32,000 bases of DNA from NCBI RefSeq assembly GCF_002803295.2, contig NZ_PGGB02000013.1, positions 5,826 to 37,825 of the forward strand, in the 5' to 3' direction. The stretch comes from Caedibacter taeniospiralis. Lineage in GTDB: Bacteria > Pseudomonadota > Gammaproteobacteria > Francisellales > Francisellaceae. A program made the translations under genes and the position numbers. Every line of letters begins with the position of its first letter. Position 1 is the first letter of the stretch. The notes under the pieces are model-generated. The model saw only the letters and a list, made by a program, of their open reading frames with translations, made no database searches and had not been told where the DNA came from. Positions 1 through 9,290 of this stretch are shown piece by piece.

Positions 1-805
1 AGATAATGGTCTGAAGGAAAGTGAGATTAGTATTGCCGATAAAGTCATTGAAGATATTATTCGTTACTATACGCGTGAAGCGGGTGTACGTCGTTTGCAG
101 CAAGAGCTCAACAAGCTGTGTCGCAAAGCAGTGAAGCACATCTTACTGACCAAAGATGGCAAGAAGGTTTCCATTAATAGTAAGAATCTTGAGAAATATC
201 TAGGTGTCAGGCGTTATGATTTTGGCTTGGTGCAACAGCAGGATAAGGTGGGACAGGTCACGGGTCTTGCGTGGACGGAAGTCGGAGGAGATTTATTGAC
301 TATCGAGGCAGTTGCAACGATTGGCAAGGGCAAGCTTAAGACCACAGGAAAACTGGGGGATGTGATGCAGGAGTCTATCCATGCGGCTTTAACCGTTGTG
401 CGAACCATTGCAAAGAACTACGGCATTGAAGATGATTTTTATGAGAAAAAAGATTTTCATATCCATGTGCCAGAAGGGGCTACTCCTAAGGATGGACCAA
501 GTGCAGGGGTTGCGATGTGCACAGCGGTACTGTCATCATTGACGAGTATTCCAGTCAGAAGAGATGTTGCGATGACAGGCGAGATCACCTTGCGCGGCGA
601 TGTGCTACCCATTGGTGGCTTAAAAGAAAAATTATTGGCAGCACTTCGTGGTGAAATCAAGACTGTGTTAATTCCTTATGATAATAAAAAGGATTTGCAG
701 GAGATTCCGCAGAACGTTAAAGATGGCCTTGAAATTATTACCGTTAAGCGTATTGACGAGGTTTTAGAACGTGCTCTTTTGGTGAAAAAAGGCAGAAAAA
801 GTTAA
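1..805 (+). CDS. lon: Lon protease, C-terminal part (5' end lies outside the window)
   Basis: The frame is open from base 2 ([36 protein letters not shown]...). The YTREAGVR motif and the proteolytic-domain motif [11 protein letters not shown] (catalytic Ser) are present, and the gene sits upstream of hupB-ppiD as in other gammaproteobacteria. Stop is TAA at 803-805. Confidence 0.9.
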   Translation, partial: DNGLKESEISIADKVIEDIIRYYTREAGVRRLQQELNKLCRKAVKHILLTKDGKKVSINSKNLEKYLGVRRYDFGLVQQQDKVGQVTGLAWTEVGGDLLTIEAVATIGKGKLKTTGKLGDVMQESIHAALTVVRTIAKNYGIEDDFYEKKDFHIHVPEGATPKDGPSAGVAMCTAVLSSLTSIPVRRDVAMTGEITLRGDVLPIGGLKEKLLAALRGEIKTVLIPYDNKKDLQEIPQNVKDGLEIITVKRIDEVLERALLVKKGRKS

Positions 806-853
806 AAAAAACCAAAAAAACGTTAAAAAATCGCGAATTAGCAATAAACCGTG

Positions 854-882
854 TTGACGTGAGATAGCGCGCTTGCTATAAC
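854..882 (+). promoter_or_regulatory. Candidate sigma70 promoter for hupB: TTGACG, 17-nt spacer, TATAAC
   Basis: The -35 TTGACG is at 854-859 and the -10 TATAAC at 877-882, with an exact 17-nt spacer, about 70 nt upstream of the hupB GTG. An AGAGGA Shine-Dalgarno sits at about 938-943. Confidence 0.45.
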
Positions 883-950
883 TTAGGCGACTTAAGCGGC
901 AAGGCTTCGCTTAAATTAAGAGTTATTCAACAACGAAAGAGGAAAACATC

Positions 951-1223
951 GTGAATAAGAGTGAACTAGTAAAAGCAATCGCAGAAAAAGCTGATGTAAC
1001 GAAGGACGTCGCTCAGCGCACGTTAGATGCAACGACTGAAGCAGTAACGGAAGCATTAAAATCAGGTCAAACGGTCACTTTGGTTGGATTTGGTTCATTC
1101 CAGGTTCGTGACAGGGCTGCTCGTGAGGGTCGTAACCCTAAGACAGGTCAAAAGATGAAGATTAAAGCTTCTAAGTCCCCTTCATTTAAAGCGGGAAAAT
1201 TATTGAAAGACGCAGTGAACTAA
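951..1223 (+). CDS. hupB: DNA-binding protein HU-beta
   Basis: The 90-aa product [13 protein letters not shown]...[45 protein letters not shown] is a canonical HU/IHF fold sequence. It has a GTG start preceded by a Shine-Dalgarno and lies in lon-hupB-ppiD synteny. Confidence 0.92.
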   Translation: MNKSELVKAIAEKADVTKDVAQRTLDATTEAVTEALKSGQTVTLVGFGSFQVRDRAAREGRNPKTGQKMKIKASKSPSFKAGKLLKDAVN

Positions 1224-1242
1224 TATATAGTTTCGCACTCGT

Positions 1243-1321
1243 GGAAGTGCTTGGCTTAACTGCGAGAGCATCGCCCTTGCAGGGCGATGGGTCGGCGGTT
1301 CGACCCCCCGAGCACCCACCA
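1243..1321 (+). tRNA. tRNA-like element, a degenerate tRNA-Ala(UGC)-like cloverleaf; probable pseudogene or tRNA-derived structure
   Basis: D-arm GCTT/AACTGCGA/GAGC; anticodon arm TCGCC/CTTGCAG/GGCGA with anticodon TGC; T-loop GGTTCGACC; 3' end AGCACCC-A-CCA. However, the acceptor stem pairs only 5 of 7 positions (an AA interrupts GG-GTGCT), the T-stem has 2 mismatches, and the variable loop is 6 nt. A terminator follows immediately. Confidence 0.35.
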
Positions 1322-1331
1322 CACATTTAAA

Positions 1332-1361
1332 GGCATGTTTCAAGCATGCCTTTTTTATTTT
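1332..1361 (+). terminator. Rho-independent terminator after hupB and the tRNA-like element
   Basis: Stem GGCATG (1332-1337) pairs with CATGCC (1345-1350) around a 7-nt loop, followed by TTTTTTATTTT. Confidence 0.6.
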
Positions 1362-1432
1362 CGCTCCAGCATCTGCCATGCTAAGATGCGGCGACTTGGT
1401 TTAAGCTTAATGGAAACGGGTAGTGGCGTCAT

Positions 1433-3163
1433 ATGTTACAGTTGATAAATGACAAATTTAAAGGTTGGGTTACGTGGATCATTATCATCGCGGTAAGTGC
1501 CGTATTTGTACTAACAGGGATCAGTTATTTTTTTGTATCAAGTGGTGTGTCAGCTCAATCAGTGGCTAAAGTAGGTGATGTGCAGATTTCACAAAATAGT
1601 TATCAGCAGGCACTATCGCAGAACATACAGGTGCAACCTTCGCTGGGTCAAAAAACTTTGCAGCAAAAAACCCTGGATCAGCTTGTTGATCAAACGCTTT
1701 TGCAGCAGGATGCTAAAGCATCACATATTGTGGTTACAAACTCAGCAGTGTCCTCTGCGATTTTCCAAAACCCTGCATTTACTGAAAATGGTCAGTACTC
1801 AGCAAAACGCTTTGATGAGCTTGCCAAACTTTATGGTAGTGCCTCAAGTATTAAAGCGCTCATTGCAAATAATATACTCATCTCAAGCATTGTTACTCCT
1901 GTAATGCAAAGTCAGTTTGTATTGTCAAATGAGCGCAAAACCTTAAGCGCACTCATGGGGCAAAAACGTGAAATCAGCTACTATGAGTTTGCAGCAAGTG
2001 ACTATGCTAAAAAATTAAAACCCACAGAAAAAGAGCTTGAGGCTTATTATGATCAGCATAAAGCGCAATATGAACAACTTGAGCAGGCGATCATCTCTTA
2101 TGTGAAACTCTCATCACAAGACTTTGTCACGAACGAGGTTTTGTCGCAAGATGACATCAATAGCTATTACCAGGCTAATAAAGACGCGCTCATGAGTCCA
2201 GAGTTAAGATCAGGTGAGGTAATCAGTGTTAAGAAAGATGCAAAAAATCGCAATGCCATCATTGAGAGACTTAAAGCGAACCAGGAATTAACGCCAGATG
2301 AGTTAAAAGGAGTTAATATTGAAGCAATCAAACCCTTATCACCATCTCAGGCTTCAAGCTTTACGCAATTCGCATTGTTTAACTTAACGATGGAGTTGCC
2401 TATCAAAGAAACTTCTGATAATGAATTTGTGAAATTGACGAAAATTACGCCTCCAGCACCCATGGCATTGAATGATGCGAAACCAGTCATTGAAAAAATT
2501 CTCAAAAATCGTGCGGCACTGACCAGGTTTAATGAGGTGTTGACGAGTATTAACAGCAATAGTTTTGATCAGGTAGTAAAAACGAACAAGCTTAAAGTTA
2601 ATGTGACTAAAGCCTTTGACAAAAATACCATGGATTCAGGTGTTGAAGGCAATGCAAAGTTGCAGGAAGCGGTATTTGATCAGCATAAAACGCAAGGTTT
2701 TATCGCGCAAGGTCAAACGGATGGCTTGATCTATAAGGTGGATAAAATCATTCCTAAGCATACTTTGTCTTTTGTTGAAGTTAAAGACAAAATTAAGGCA
2801 GCCTATGTTGATGAAAAGTCATTGAGTCTTGCCAAAGAACATGCTGATCAGGCGCTACAGACTTTACAAAAAGGTAAGACGCTGACCGCTGTAAAAGCAA
2901 AAACAGAGGAAATTACACGGGGCGACTTTGCCTTAGATTCTACGTTGAAAACGGCAATATTTAGTTATGCTCCAAAAGTCTATCAGCTGGCGCAAAATGG
3001 TCAGGCATATTGGGTTTACGAGGTCACAAAAGTGATAGACGGAAGCGATCAGCTACCAGCGCAGGTTTTGCAAAATAACTATACCAATGCTGAGCTTAAT
3101 GATTATCTGGTTGCACTTAAAAAACAATATCCCATTGAGATCAATCATCAATTGATTCAGTAA
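1433..3163 (+). CDS. ppiD: Periplasmic chaperone / peptidyl-prolyl isomerase PpiD
   Basis: 576 aa with an N-terminal single TM anchor (GWVTWIIIIAVSAVFVLTG) followed by a long soluble SurA-like region. The position directly downstream of lon-hupB is conserved. Confidence 0.8.
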   Translation: MLQLINDKFKGWVTWIIIIAVSAVFVLTGISYFFVSSGVSAQSVAKVGDVQISQNSYQQALSQNIQVQPSLGQKTLQQKTLDQLVDQTLLQQDAKASHIVVTNSAVSSAIFQNPAFTENGQYSAKRFDELAKLYGSASSIKALIANNILISSIVTPVMQSQFVLSNERKTLSALMGQKREISYYEFAASDYAKKLKPTEKELEAYYDQHKAQYEQLEQAIISYVKLSSQDFVTNEVLSQDDINSYYQANKDALMSPELRSGEVISVKKDAKNRNAIIERLKANQELTPDELKGVNIEAIKPLSPSQASSFTQFALFNLTMELPIKETSDNEFVKLTKITPPAPMALNDAKPVIEKILKNRAALTRFNEVLTSINSNSFDQVVKTNKLKVNVTKAFDKNTMDSGVEGNAKLQEAVFDQHKTQGFIAQGQTDGLIYKVDKIIPKHTLSFVEVKDKIKAAYVDEKSLSLAKEHADQALQTLQKGKTLTAVKAKTEEITRGDFALDSTLKTAIFSYAPKVYQLAQNGQAYWVYEVTKVIDGSDQLPAQVLQNNYTNAELNDYLVALKKQYPIEINHQLIQ

Positions 3164-3176
3164 TTGTTTTTCTTTC

Positions 3177-4115
3177 ATGAATTCATTTTCTAAAGATATC
3201 TACGCTTTGGCAGGACCTACTGCCTCAGGTAAAACCGCATTATCGATTGAATTAGCTAAAAAGATGAATGCCGAAATTATCAGCGTTGATTCGGCTTTGA
3301 TCTACAAACGACTGAATATTGGCTCGGCTAAGCCCACCGTACTGGAGATGGATGGCGTTACCCATTACCTGATTGATATTATCGAGCCCTGGTTAGCTTA
3401 TTCAGTGAATGATTTTTTGGTTGATGCTAAAAGATTAATCACAGAGATTCATGCGCAAGGCAAAGAAGTCCTGTTAGTCGGTGGCACGATGATGTATTTC
3501 AAGGCGCTGCAAGAAGGAATTTCCAGGCTACCAGAGGCTGACGAAGCTGTAAGGATGCAGATAAAGCAAAGGTCTTTGGAATACTGGTATCAGTTTTTGC
3601 AACAGCAGGATCCTAAAACTGCGGTAAAACTTAATCCTAATGATCGGCAGCGCATTGAGCGCGCGACAGAGGTGATATTGCTAACTGGGAAAGCTTATTC
3701 CAAGATGGTGGTACAAAATGCAAAAGAGGGTGGCTTAGGAGATTCACTCAAGCTTTGTGCGTTAGTACCAAGGGATCGTAAAGCTCTCCACCAGCTGATT
3801 GAAAAACGCTTTTTGAGCATGCTTGAAAAAGGTTTTTTAGATGAAGTTCGTGGGTTAAAGCAGCTCAAGAATATGCACGCTGATTTGCCATCCATGCGTA
3901 GTGTGGGTTATCGTCAGGCCTGGCAGTATCTTAATGGTGAGTATGACTATCATGAATTTGTAGCTAAAGGGGTAGCAGCGACACGTCAGCTCGCCAAAAG
4001 GCAGCTAACCTGGATTCGCAATTGGCATAAGCCAATTTACCTGGTTGATGCCAATCAAAATTCTCAAATGAAGTTTGATCAGATTAAGGTGTTCTTCGAT
4101 TGGGAGAGCTTTTAG
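3177..4115 (+). CDS. miaA: tRNA dimethylallyltransferase
   Basis: P-loop GPTASGKT, then ISVDSALIYKRLNIGSAKPT, with the typical MiaA length of 312 aa. Confidence 0.9.
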   Translation: MNSFSKDIYALAGPTASGKTALSIELAKKMNAEIISVDSALIYKRLNIGSAKPTVLEMDGVTHYLIDIIEPWLAYSVNDFLVDAKRLITEIHAQGKEVLLVGGTMMYFKALQEGISRLPEADEAVRMQIKQRSLEYWYQFLQQQDPKTAVKLNPNDRQRIERATEVILLTGKAYSKMVVQNAKEGGLGDSLKLCALVPRDRKALHQLIEKRFLSMLEKGFLDEVRGLKQLKNMHADLPSMRSVGYRQAWQYLNGEYDYHEFVAKGVAATRQLAKRQLTWIRNWHKPIYLVDANQNSQMKFDQIKVFFDWESF

Positions 4116-4225
4116 GATGAGGCTTGCAATATAAGTTCAATTGGTAAGATGCTTTGTAGGTTTTATGCTGTACATTTATATCAAATTCTTGGATCATATC
4201 TGGCGTTTAAACAGCAAGATAATAA

Positions 4226-5257
<1,032 letters not shown>

Positions 5258-5278
5258 AACAAACCTCAAGGAGTTGCA

Positions 5279-6541
5279 GTGATCAAACGAATAACTGCGT
5301 TAGCAAGCGTGTTATTATTATCTGGTTGTAGTGCGATTAATCAATTCTTCAATGCCAAGCAGCAAAGTGCCCCAGTTAAAAATATGCCGATACAACAAAC
5401 GTATTATACGGTTCAAACAGGGGATACTTTGTATGAGTTATCGCGCCGATTTAATGTTACAGAGCGCACACTCATTTTATGGAATCATTTGAAGTCTCCT
5501 TTTGTATTAAACCCTGGGAAAACCGTTCGAGTGGGTCCGTTGCCTGGTGAGAAAATTTCACGTGATGGTTATGTTTACACCTATCAAACAGGCAATGCAA
5601 TGTATACGAAAGAAGCTGCCAGCGCGAGGGGCTTCAGTGATCAAGCAAAAATATCGGCATATATTGAGCGTGATAATAATTTGCCAATGGTTGATCCTAA
5701 TGCTGCTCCTGTAGGGGGGCAGGCAGTGCCAATTCCAGTACCAGACAAGGAGGTTGATCTTCACAACTTGGCACAGCAAAGCGATAGTGCTGCGCCGGCC
5801 CATCGAATTCAAAAGAGTACGACAGGATACTACACGGTACAAAGTGGTGATTCACTGCTTGAAATTGCTCAGGCAAATGAAGTGAGTTTCTCCGATCTGC
5901 AAGCATGGAATGATATTAAAGAACCCAGTGTACTTTATGTGGGTAAGCGTCTGCGTGTCAGGGCTCCAGTTAAGGAAACTAAAGGATTATCAGTAGCAGT
6001 ACCAACGCCAGCAATGCTGAAGCCTGTAAACCTAAAACAGGAAAATAGTGCCTTAACAAAAGCGCCTCCAGAGACACAGAAAAACACCACAAAAGCTGTA
6101 TCTGTAGCTAATAGATCAGATACTAATGTAACGGAAAAAGCTTCCATTACGGATAAAACGATTCCTTTGGGTCAAACAGTTGCTGGAATTTCCTGGAAAT
6201 GGCCATTGAAAATGATTGGTGACTTTGGCAAAGAAGGTGTTGACAATGAGCATGAGCTTGAAGTACCGGTCAATACCCCAGTGTATGCAGCAGCAAATGG
6301 TGATGTGCTTTACGCAGGGGTGGGCATGGGGGGCTACGGTAAGATGGTGATTATTAATCACAAAGACGGCTACATCTCAGCATACAATAATCTTTTAGAT
6401 ATTAGTGTTGATGAATCTCAGGGTGTCAGTCAAGGGCAAGCCATAGGCGTTGTCGGTAAGTTTAATGGGAAAAGTGTCTTGGGATTCGAAATCAGACAAG
6501 AGGGTAAAGTGCAAAAACTTTCTGATTTTTATACGTTTTAA
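5279..6541 (+). CDS. nlpD: NlpD-like lipoprotein: two LysM domains plus a C-terminal LytM/M23 domain with apparently degenerate metal ligands
   Basis: Lipobox LLSGC; two LysM repeats (YYTVQTGDTLYELSRRF... and YYTVQSGDSLLEIAQAN...); C-terminal M23-like core (PVYAAANGDVLYAG...GYGKMVIINHKDGYISAYNNL) lacking an obvious HxH motif. Confidence 0.8.
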   Translation: MIKRITALASVLLLSGCSAINQFFNAKQQSAPVKNMPIQQTYYTVQTGDTLYELSRRFNVTERTLILWNHLKSPFVLNPGKTVRVGPLPGEKISRDGYVYTYQTGNAMYTKEAASARGFSDQAKISAYIERDNNLPMVDPNAAPVGGQAVPIPVPDKEVDLHNLAQQSDSAAPAHRIQKSTTGYYTVQSGDSLLEIAQANEVSFSDLQAWNDIKEPSVLYVGKRLRVRAPVKETKGLSVAVPTPAMLKPVNLKQENSALTKAPPETQKNTTKAVSVANRSDTNVTEKASITDKTIPLGQTVAGISWKWPLKMIGDFGKEGVDNEHELEVPVNTPVYAAANGDVLYAGVGMGGYGKMVIINHKDGYISAYNNLLDISVDESQGVSQGQAIGVVGKFNGKSVLGFEIRQEGKVQKLSDFYTF

Positions 6542-6622
6542 TGATGGGTTATGACTTATACTCACTGGCTCTCATGTTGCATAGCCAAGGTCTGAAAATT
6601 ATCATTATTGGATGAAAATTTG

Positions 6623-6782
6623 GGCTCCGACCATCTTCCCGCCCACTGTCACCCTGTGCGAGGTTGCAGGAGTCATTTAAAAGCTGGATTCCCGCCTTCG
6701 CGGGAATGACCGTGACTTTTGTTTGGGCGGAAAATTTGCCTAAGCCAAAATTTGATTATGTAGGGGCGTATTGCATACGCCC
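6623..6782. repeat. MITE-like repeat, copy A (TIR family GGCTCCGACCATCTTCCCGCCCA), with an appended GGGCGTAT/ATACGCCC hairpin module
   Basis: Left TIR at 6623-6645. Internal palindrome ATTCCCGC-cttc-GCGGGAAT at 6688-6707. Short right TIR TGGGCGG at 6724-6730. Shared tail AAATTTGCCTAAGCCA. An 8-bp hairpin at 6764-6782. Homologous to copies at 20156-20284 and 23908-23996. Confidence 0.65.
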
Positions 6783-6835
6783 ATCCGGAAAGAAGCGGGG
6801 TAAATAAAAATAAAGAAACGCAAGGAGCTAGGTGC

Positions 6836-8215
6836 ATGAAAACGCGTAAAGAAACTGACAGCATGGGAGAGATTGAGGTTGATAATAGCAAATATTGGGG
6901 GGCGCAAACCGAGCGCTCCTTAGTCTATTTTTCTATTGGCAAGGAACGTATTCCCCACGAAGTTATCAAGGCGCTTGCTATCATAAAAAAAGCCTCAGCA
7001 ATGGCAAATGCTGATCTGGGTATTTTGCCTGAGAATAAAAAGATCTTAATCACTCAAGCAGCCGATGAAGTTATTGAGGGTGAGCATGAGGATCAGTTTC
7101 CGCTTCATGTATGGATGACTGGCAGTGGCACGCAGTCTAACATGAATGTCAATGAAGTCATTGCTAATCGGGCGATTGAAATCGCTGGAGGTACCTTAGG
7201 CAGTAAAAATCCAATCCACCCAAATGACCATGTGAATATGTCGCAATCCTCTAACGACACCTTCCCAACGGCGATGTATGTCGCCGCAGCGATTGGTCTG
7301 AAAAAAACCTTAATCCCTGCAATCAATTTGATGTATGAAGGGCTTAACAAGAAAGCCAAAGAATGGGAAAAAATCGTTAAAATTGGGCGCACGCATATGC
7401 AGGATGCGGTGCCCCTGACCTTGGGGCAAGAGTTTTCAGGTTACGCTGAGCTGTTACATCAAAATATTAAGCGCTTAGAGTATGCACTTTTAGATGTCTA
7501 TCAACTAGCCATGGGTGGTACAGCAGTGGGGACGGGGTTAAATGCACCAAAAGGATTTGCAGAAAAAGCATGTCAGCATATTGCTAAGATGACTGGTCTG
7601 CCTTTTGTGTCAGCTCAGAATAAATTTGCCGTACAAGGTTCACACGATGCGCTTGTTGCGATGATGGGACAAATTAAGGTGTTGGCAAATTCATTATTTA
7701 AAATCGCTAATGATATTCGCCTCTTAAGCTGTGGTCCTCGAGCTGGCTTTTATGAGTTGTTGATCCCCTCCAATGAGCCAGGCTCATCGATTATGCCAGG
7801 CAAAGTGAATCCTACTCAGTGCGAGGCGATAACTATGGCATGTGTGCAAGTCTTTGGACTAGAGCTTGCGGTGAGTATTGGAGGGAGCGCTGGTTATTTA
7901 GAGATGAACGTTTATAAGCCGATGATCATTTATAATATTTTGCAGTCGATTACACTTCTAGCTGATAGTTCGATTAACTTCACCCGATTCTTGTTAGAGG
8001 GCACCAGACCAAATAAGAAAAAAATCGATGAATATCTGCATAATTCCTTAATGCTGGTGACTGCATTAAGCCCTGTCATTGGATATGATAAGGCATCACA
8101 ACTCGCGCATTATGCGGATGAGCACGATGCGTCACTAAGTGAAGCAAATAAGGTATTGAAGTTTTTATCACAACAGGAATTTGATCAAGTGGTTGATCCT
8201 TATAAGATGGTTTGA
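6836..8215 (+). CDS. fumC: Class II fumarate hydratase
   Basis: Near-colinear with the remembered E. coli FumC sequence: [35 protein letters not shown], the signature [16 protein letters not shown], and SLMLVTAL. 459 aa with a TGA stop. Confidence 0.94.
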   Translation: MKTRKETDSMGEIEVDNSKYWGAQTERSLVYFSIGKERIPHEVIKALAIIKKASAMANADLGILPENKKILITQAADEVIEGEHEDQFPLHVWMTGSGTQSNMNVNEVIANRAIEIAGGTLGSKNPIHPNDHVNMSQSSNDTFPTAMYVAAAIGLKKTLIPAINLMYEGLNKKAKEWEKIVKIGRTHMQDAVPLTLGQEFSGYAELLHQNIKRLEYALLDVYQLAMGGTAVGTGLNAPKGFAEKACQHIAKMTGLPFVSAQNKFAVQGSHDALVAMMGQIKVLANSLFKIANDIRLLSCGPRAGFYELLIPSNEPGSSIMPGKVNPTQCEAITMACVQVFGLELAVSIGGSAGYLEMNVYKPMIIYNILQSITLLADSSINFTRFLLEGTRPNKKKIDEYLHNSLMLVTALSPVIGYDKASQLAHYADEHDASLSEANKVLKFLSQQEFDQVVDPYKMV

Positions 8216-8218
8216 GTT

Positions 8219-8356
8219 ATGAAAGAAAAAAGGAGTATTGTTGAGTCTGTAAACAAGCAAAAATATTTATTAAGTGACTGGCTGACTGAAGTGACTGAAG
8301 AAAACTTGCAATCCGAAGTCGATTTTGGTCGTGAGCTGGATAATGGAAAATGGTAA
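8219..8356 (+). pseudogene. Remnant of a MazE/PemI-type (AbrB/SpoVT) antitoxin, C-terminal half only (45 codons)
   Basis: I translated this ORF myself, as it is too short for the track: MKEKRSIVESVNKQKYLLSDWLTEVTEENLQSEVDFGRELDNGKW. It aligns with the E. coli MazE C-terminal half (..[42 protein letters not shown]). The N-terminal DNA-binding half and any cognate toxin are missing. Confidence 0.45.
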
Positions 8357-9276
8357 CACGCACTTTATTCTATCTCTTTAAGTATTTTATATTTTCTACT
8401 GTTCTAATTTTTGGTGCTCTACAATTGAGATGGTTATATGCTAATAACTCTAAAGCATTTAGAGTGATCTCTTTATCACCCAATACCACTGCAATTATCC
8501 ATGATGTGATTGAACTCGCGCATAAAGCTAATGAGCAGAGTACTAAGCTTATTGGCAGCATCTATTATAGAGGGCAGCCTGCGTATTACCAAAACTATCA
8601 AAACATTGGGTCTTTTCAAGCACTGAATGTAGAGCGGATTTTAAGTCTTACCCCCGATTTGGTGATTTCTTGGCAAGGACAGACGCAACCGCAAACCATT
8701 GAAGTATTAAAGCACTTTGGAGTTAAAGTTGCGATTTTTAGCGCTAATGACTTAGTGCAATTAGCAGATTCCTTTGTTGAAATTGGGCAAGCAATACATC
8801 TTAAAAATGCGGGAAAACAATTGCAACAAAACTTTTTAACTACACTAGATAAAATAATCAAAGAAAGCACAAATAATGTAACAAGCATTGATGCAGAAAA
8901 GCCCAAAGTACTTCTGCAATTGGCAGAGAAGCCGATATTTGTCGCAGGTGGGCACAGTATTTTGAATGATATTATTATGCGTTGTGGCGGGGTTAGTATT
9001 TTCCAATCATTGAAGAAAGCGAGCTTTGAAACAGATATAAATGCAGTGCTAGAGAAAAATCCGGCTGTAATTATTATGATATCAGATTCAGATGGTTGGC
9101 GTAGGACATCGTCATCTATGTGGCAGCATTGGTCAAGTTTATCTGCGGTTAAAAATAAACATATTTTTCAATTAAGCTCAGATGGTATCTCGCAATTTTC
9201 CCCACAAATCCTCTCGGGGGTGAAAAATATTTGTGATATATTGAGTGCCGTCAATTCAGCGGCTATCAAAAAGTGA
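8350..9276 (+). CDS. BtuF-like (cluster A, class 8) periplasmic substrate-binding protein for cobalamin/iron-complex, with no adjacent ABC permease or ATPase
   Basis: RVISLSPNTTAII...NVERILSLTPDLVISWQG...KPKVLLQLAEKPIFVAGGHSILNDIIMRCGG resembles the BtuF/FhuD-type layout. An N-terminal hydrophobic anchor is present. Confidence 0.6.
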   Translation: MVTRTLFYLFKYFIFSTVLIFGALQLRWLYANNSKAFRVISLSPNTTAIIHDVIELAHKANEQSTKLIGSIYYRGQPAYYQNYQNIGSFQALNVERILSLTPDLVISWQGQTQPQTIEVLKHFGVKVAIFSANDLVQLADSFVEIGQAIHLKNAGKQLQQNFLTTLDKIIKESTNNVTSIDAEKPKVLLQLAEKPIFVAGGHSILNDIIMRCGGVSIFQSLKKASFETDINAVLEKNPAVIIMISDSDGWRRTSSSMWQHWSSLSAVKNKHIFQLSSDGISQFSPQILSGVKNICDILSAVNSAAIKK

Positions 9277-9290
9277 CAGGAGGATAATAA

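Noticed and set aside
4124-4150. Possible obg promoter: TTGCAA, a 15-nt spacer, then TGgTAAGAT (extended -10)
   Set aside because: The spacer is short and I cannot verify the promoter without transcript data, so it is not listed as a feature.
6673-6891. ORFs that run through repeat elements: 6673..6891 (-), 20124..20405 (+) and 23637..23903 (+)
   Set aside because: Their translations consist of repeat-encoded peptide motifs such as AYAIRPY and SREGGNPAFK, or of sequence antisense to real genes. They lack Shine-Dalgarno sequences and overlap better-supported features.
8213-8356. Read-through fusion of fumC with the in-frame downstream 45-codon ORF
   Set aside because: The shared frame has a one-in-three chance of arising by coincidence. 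FumC homologues end within a few residues of ...MV, and the downstream peptide matches an unrelated antitoxin family.
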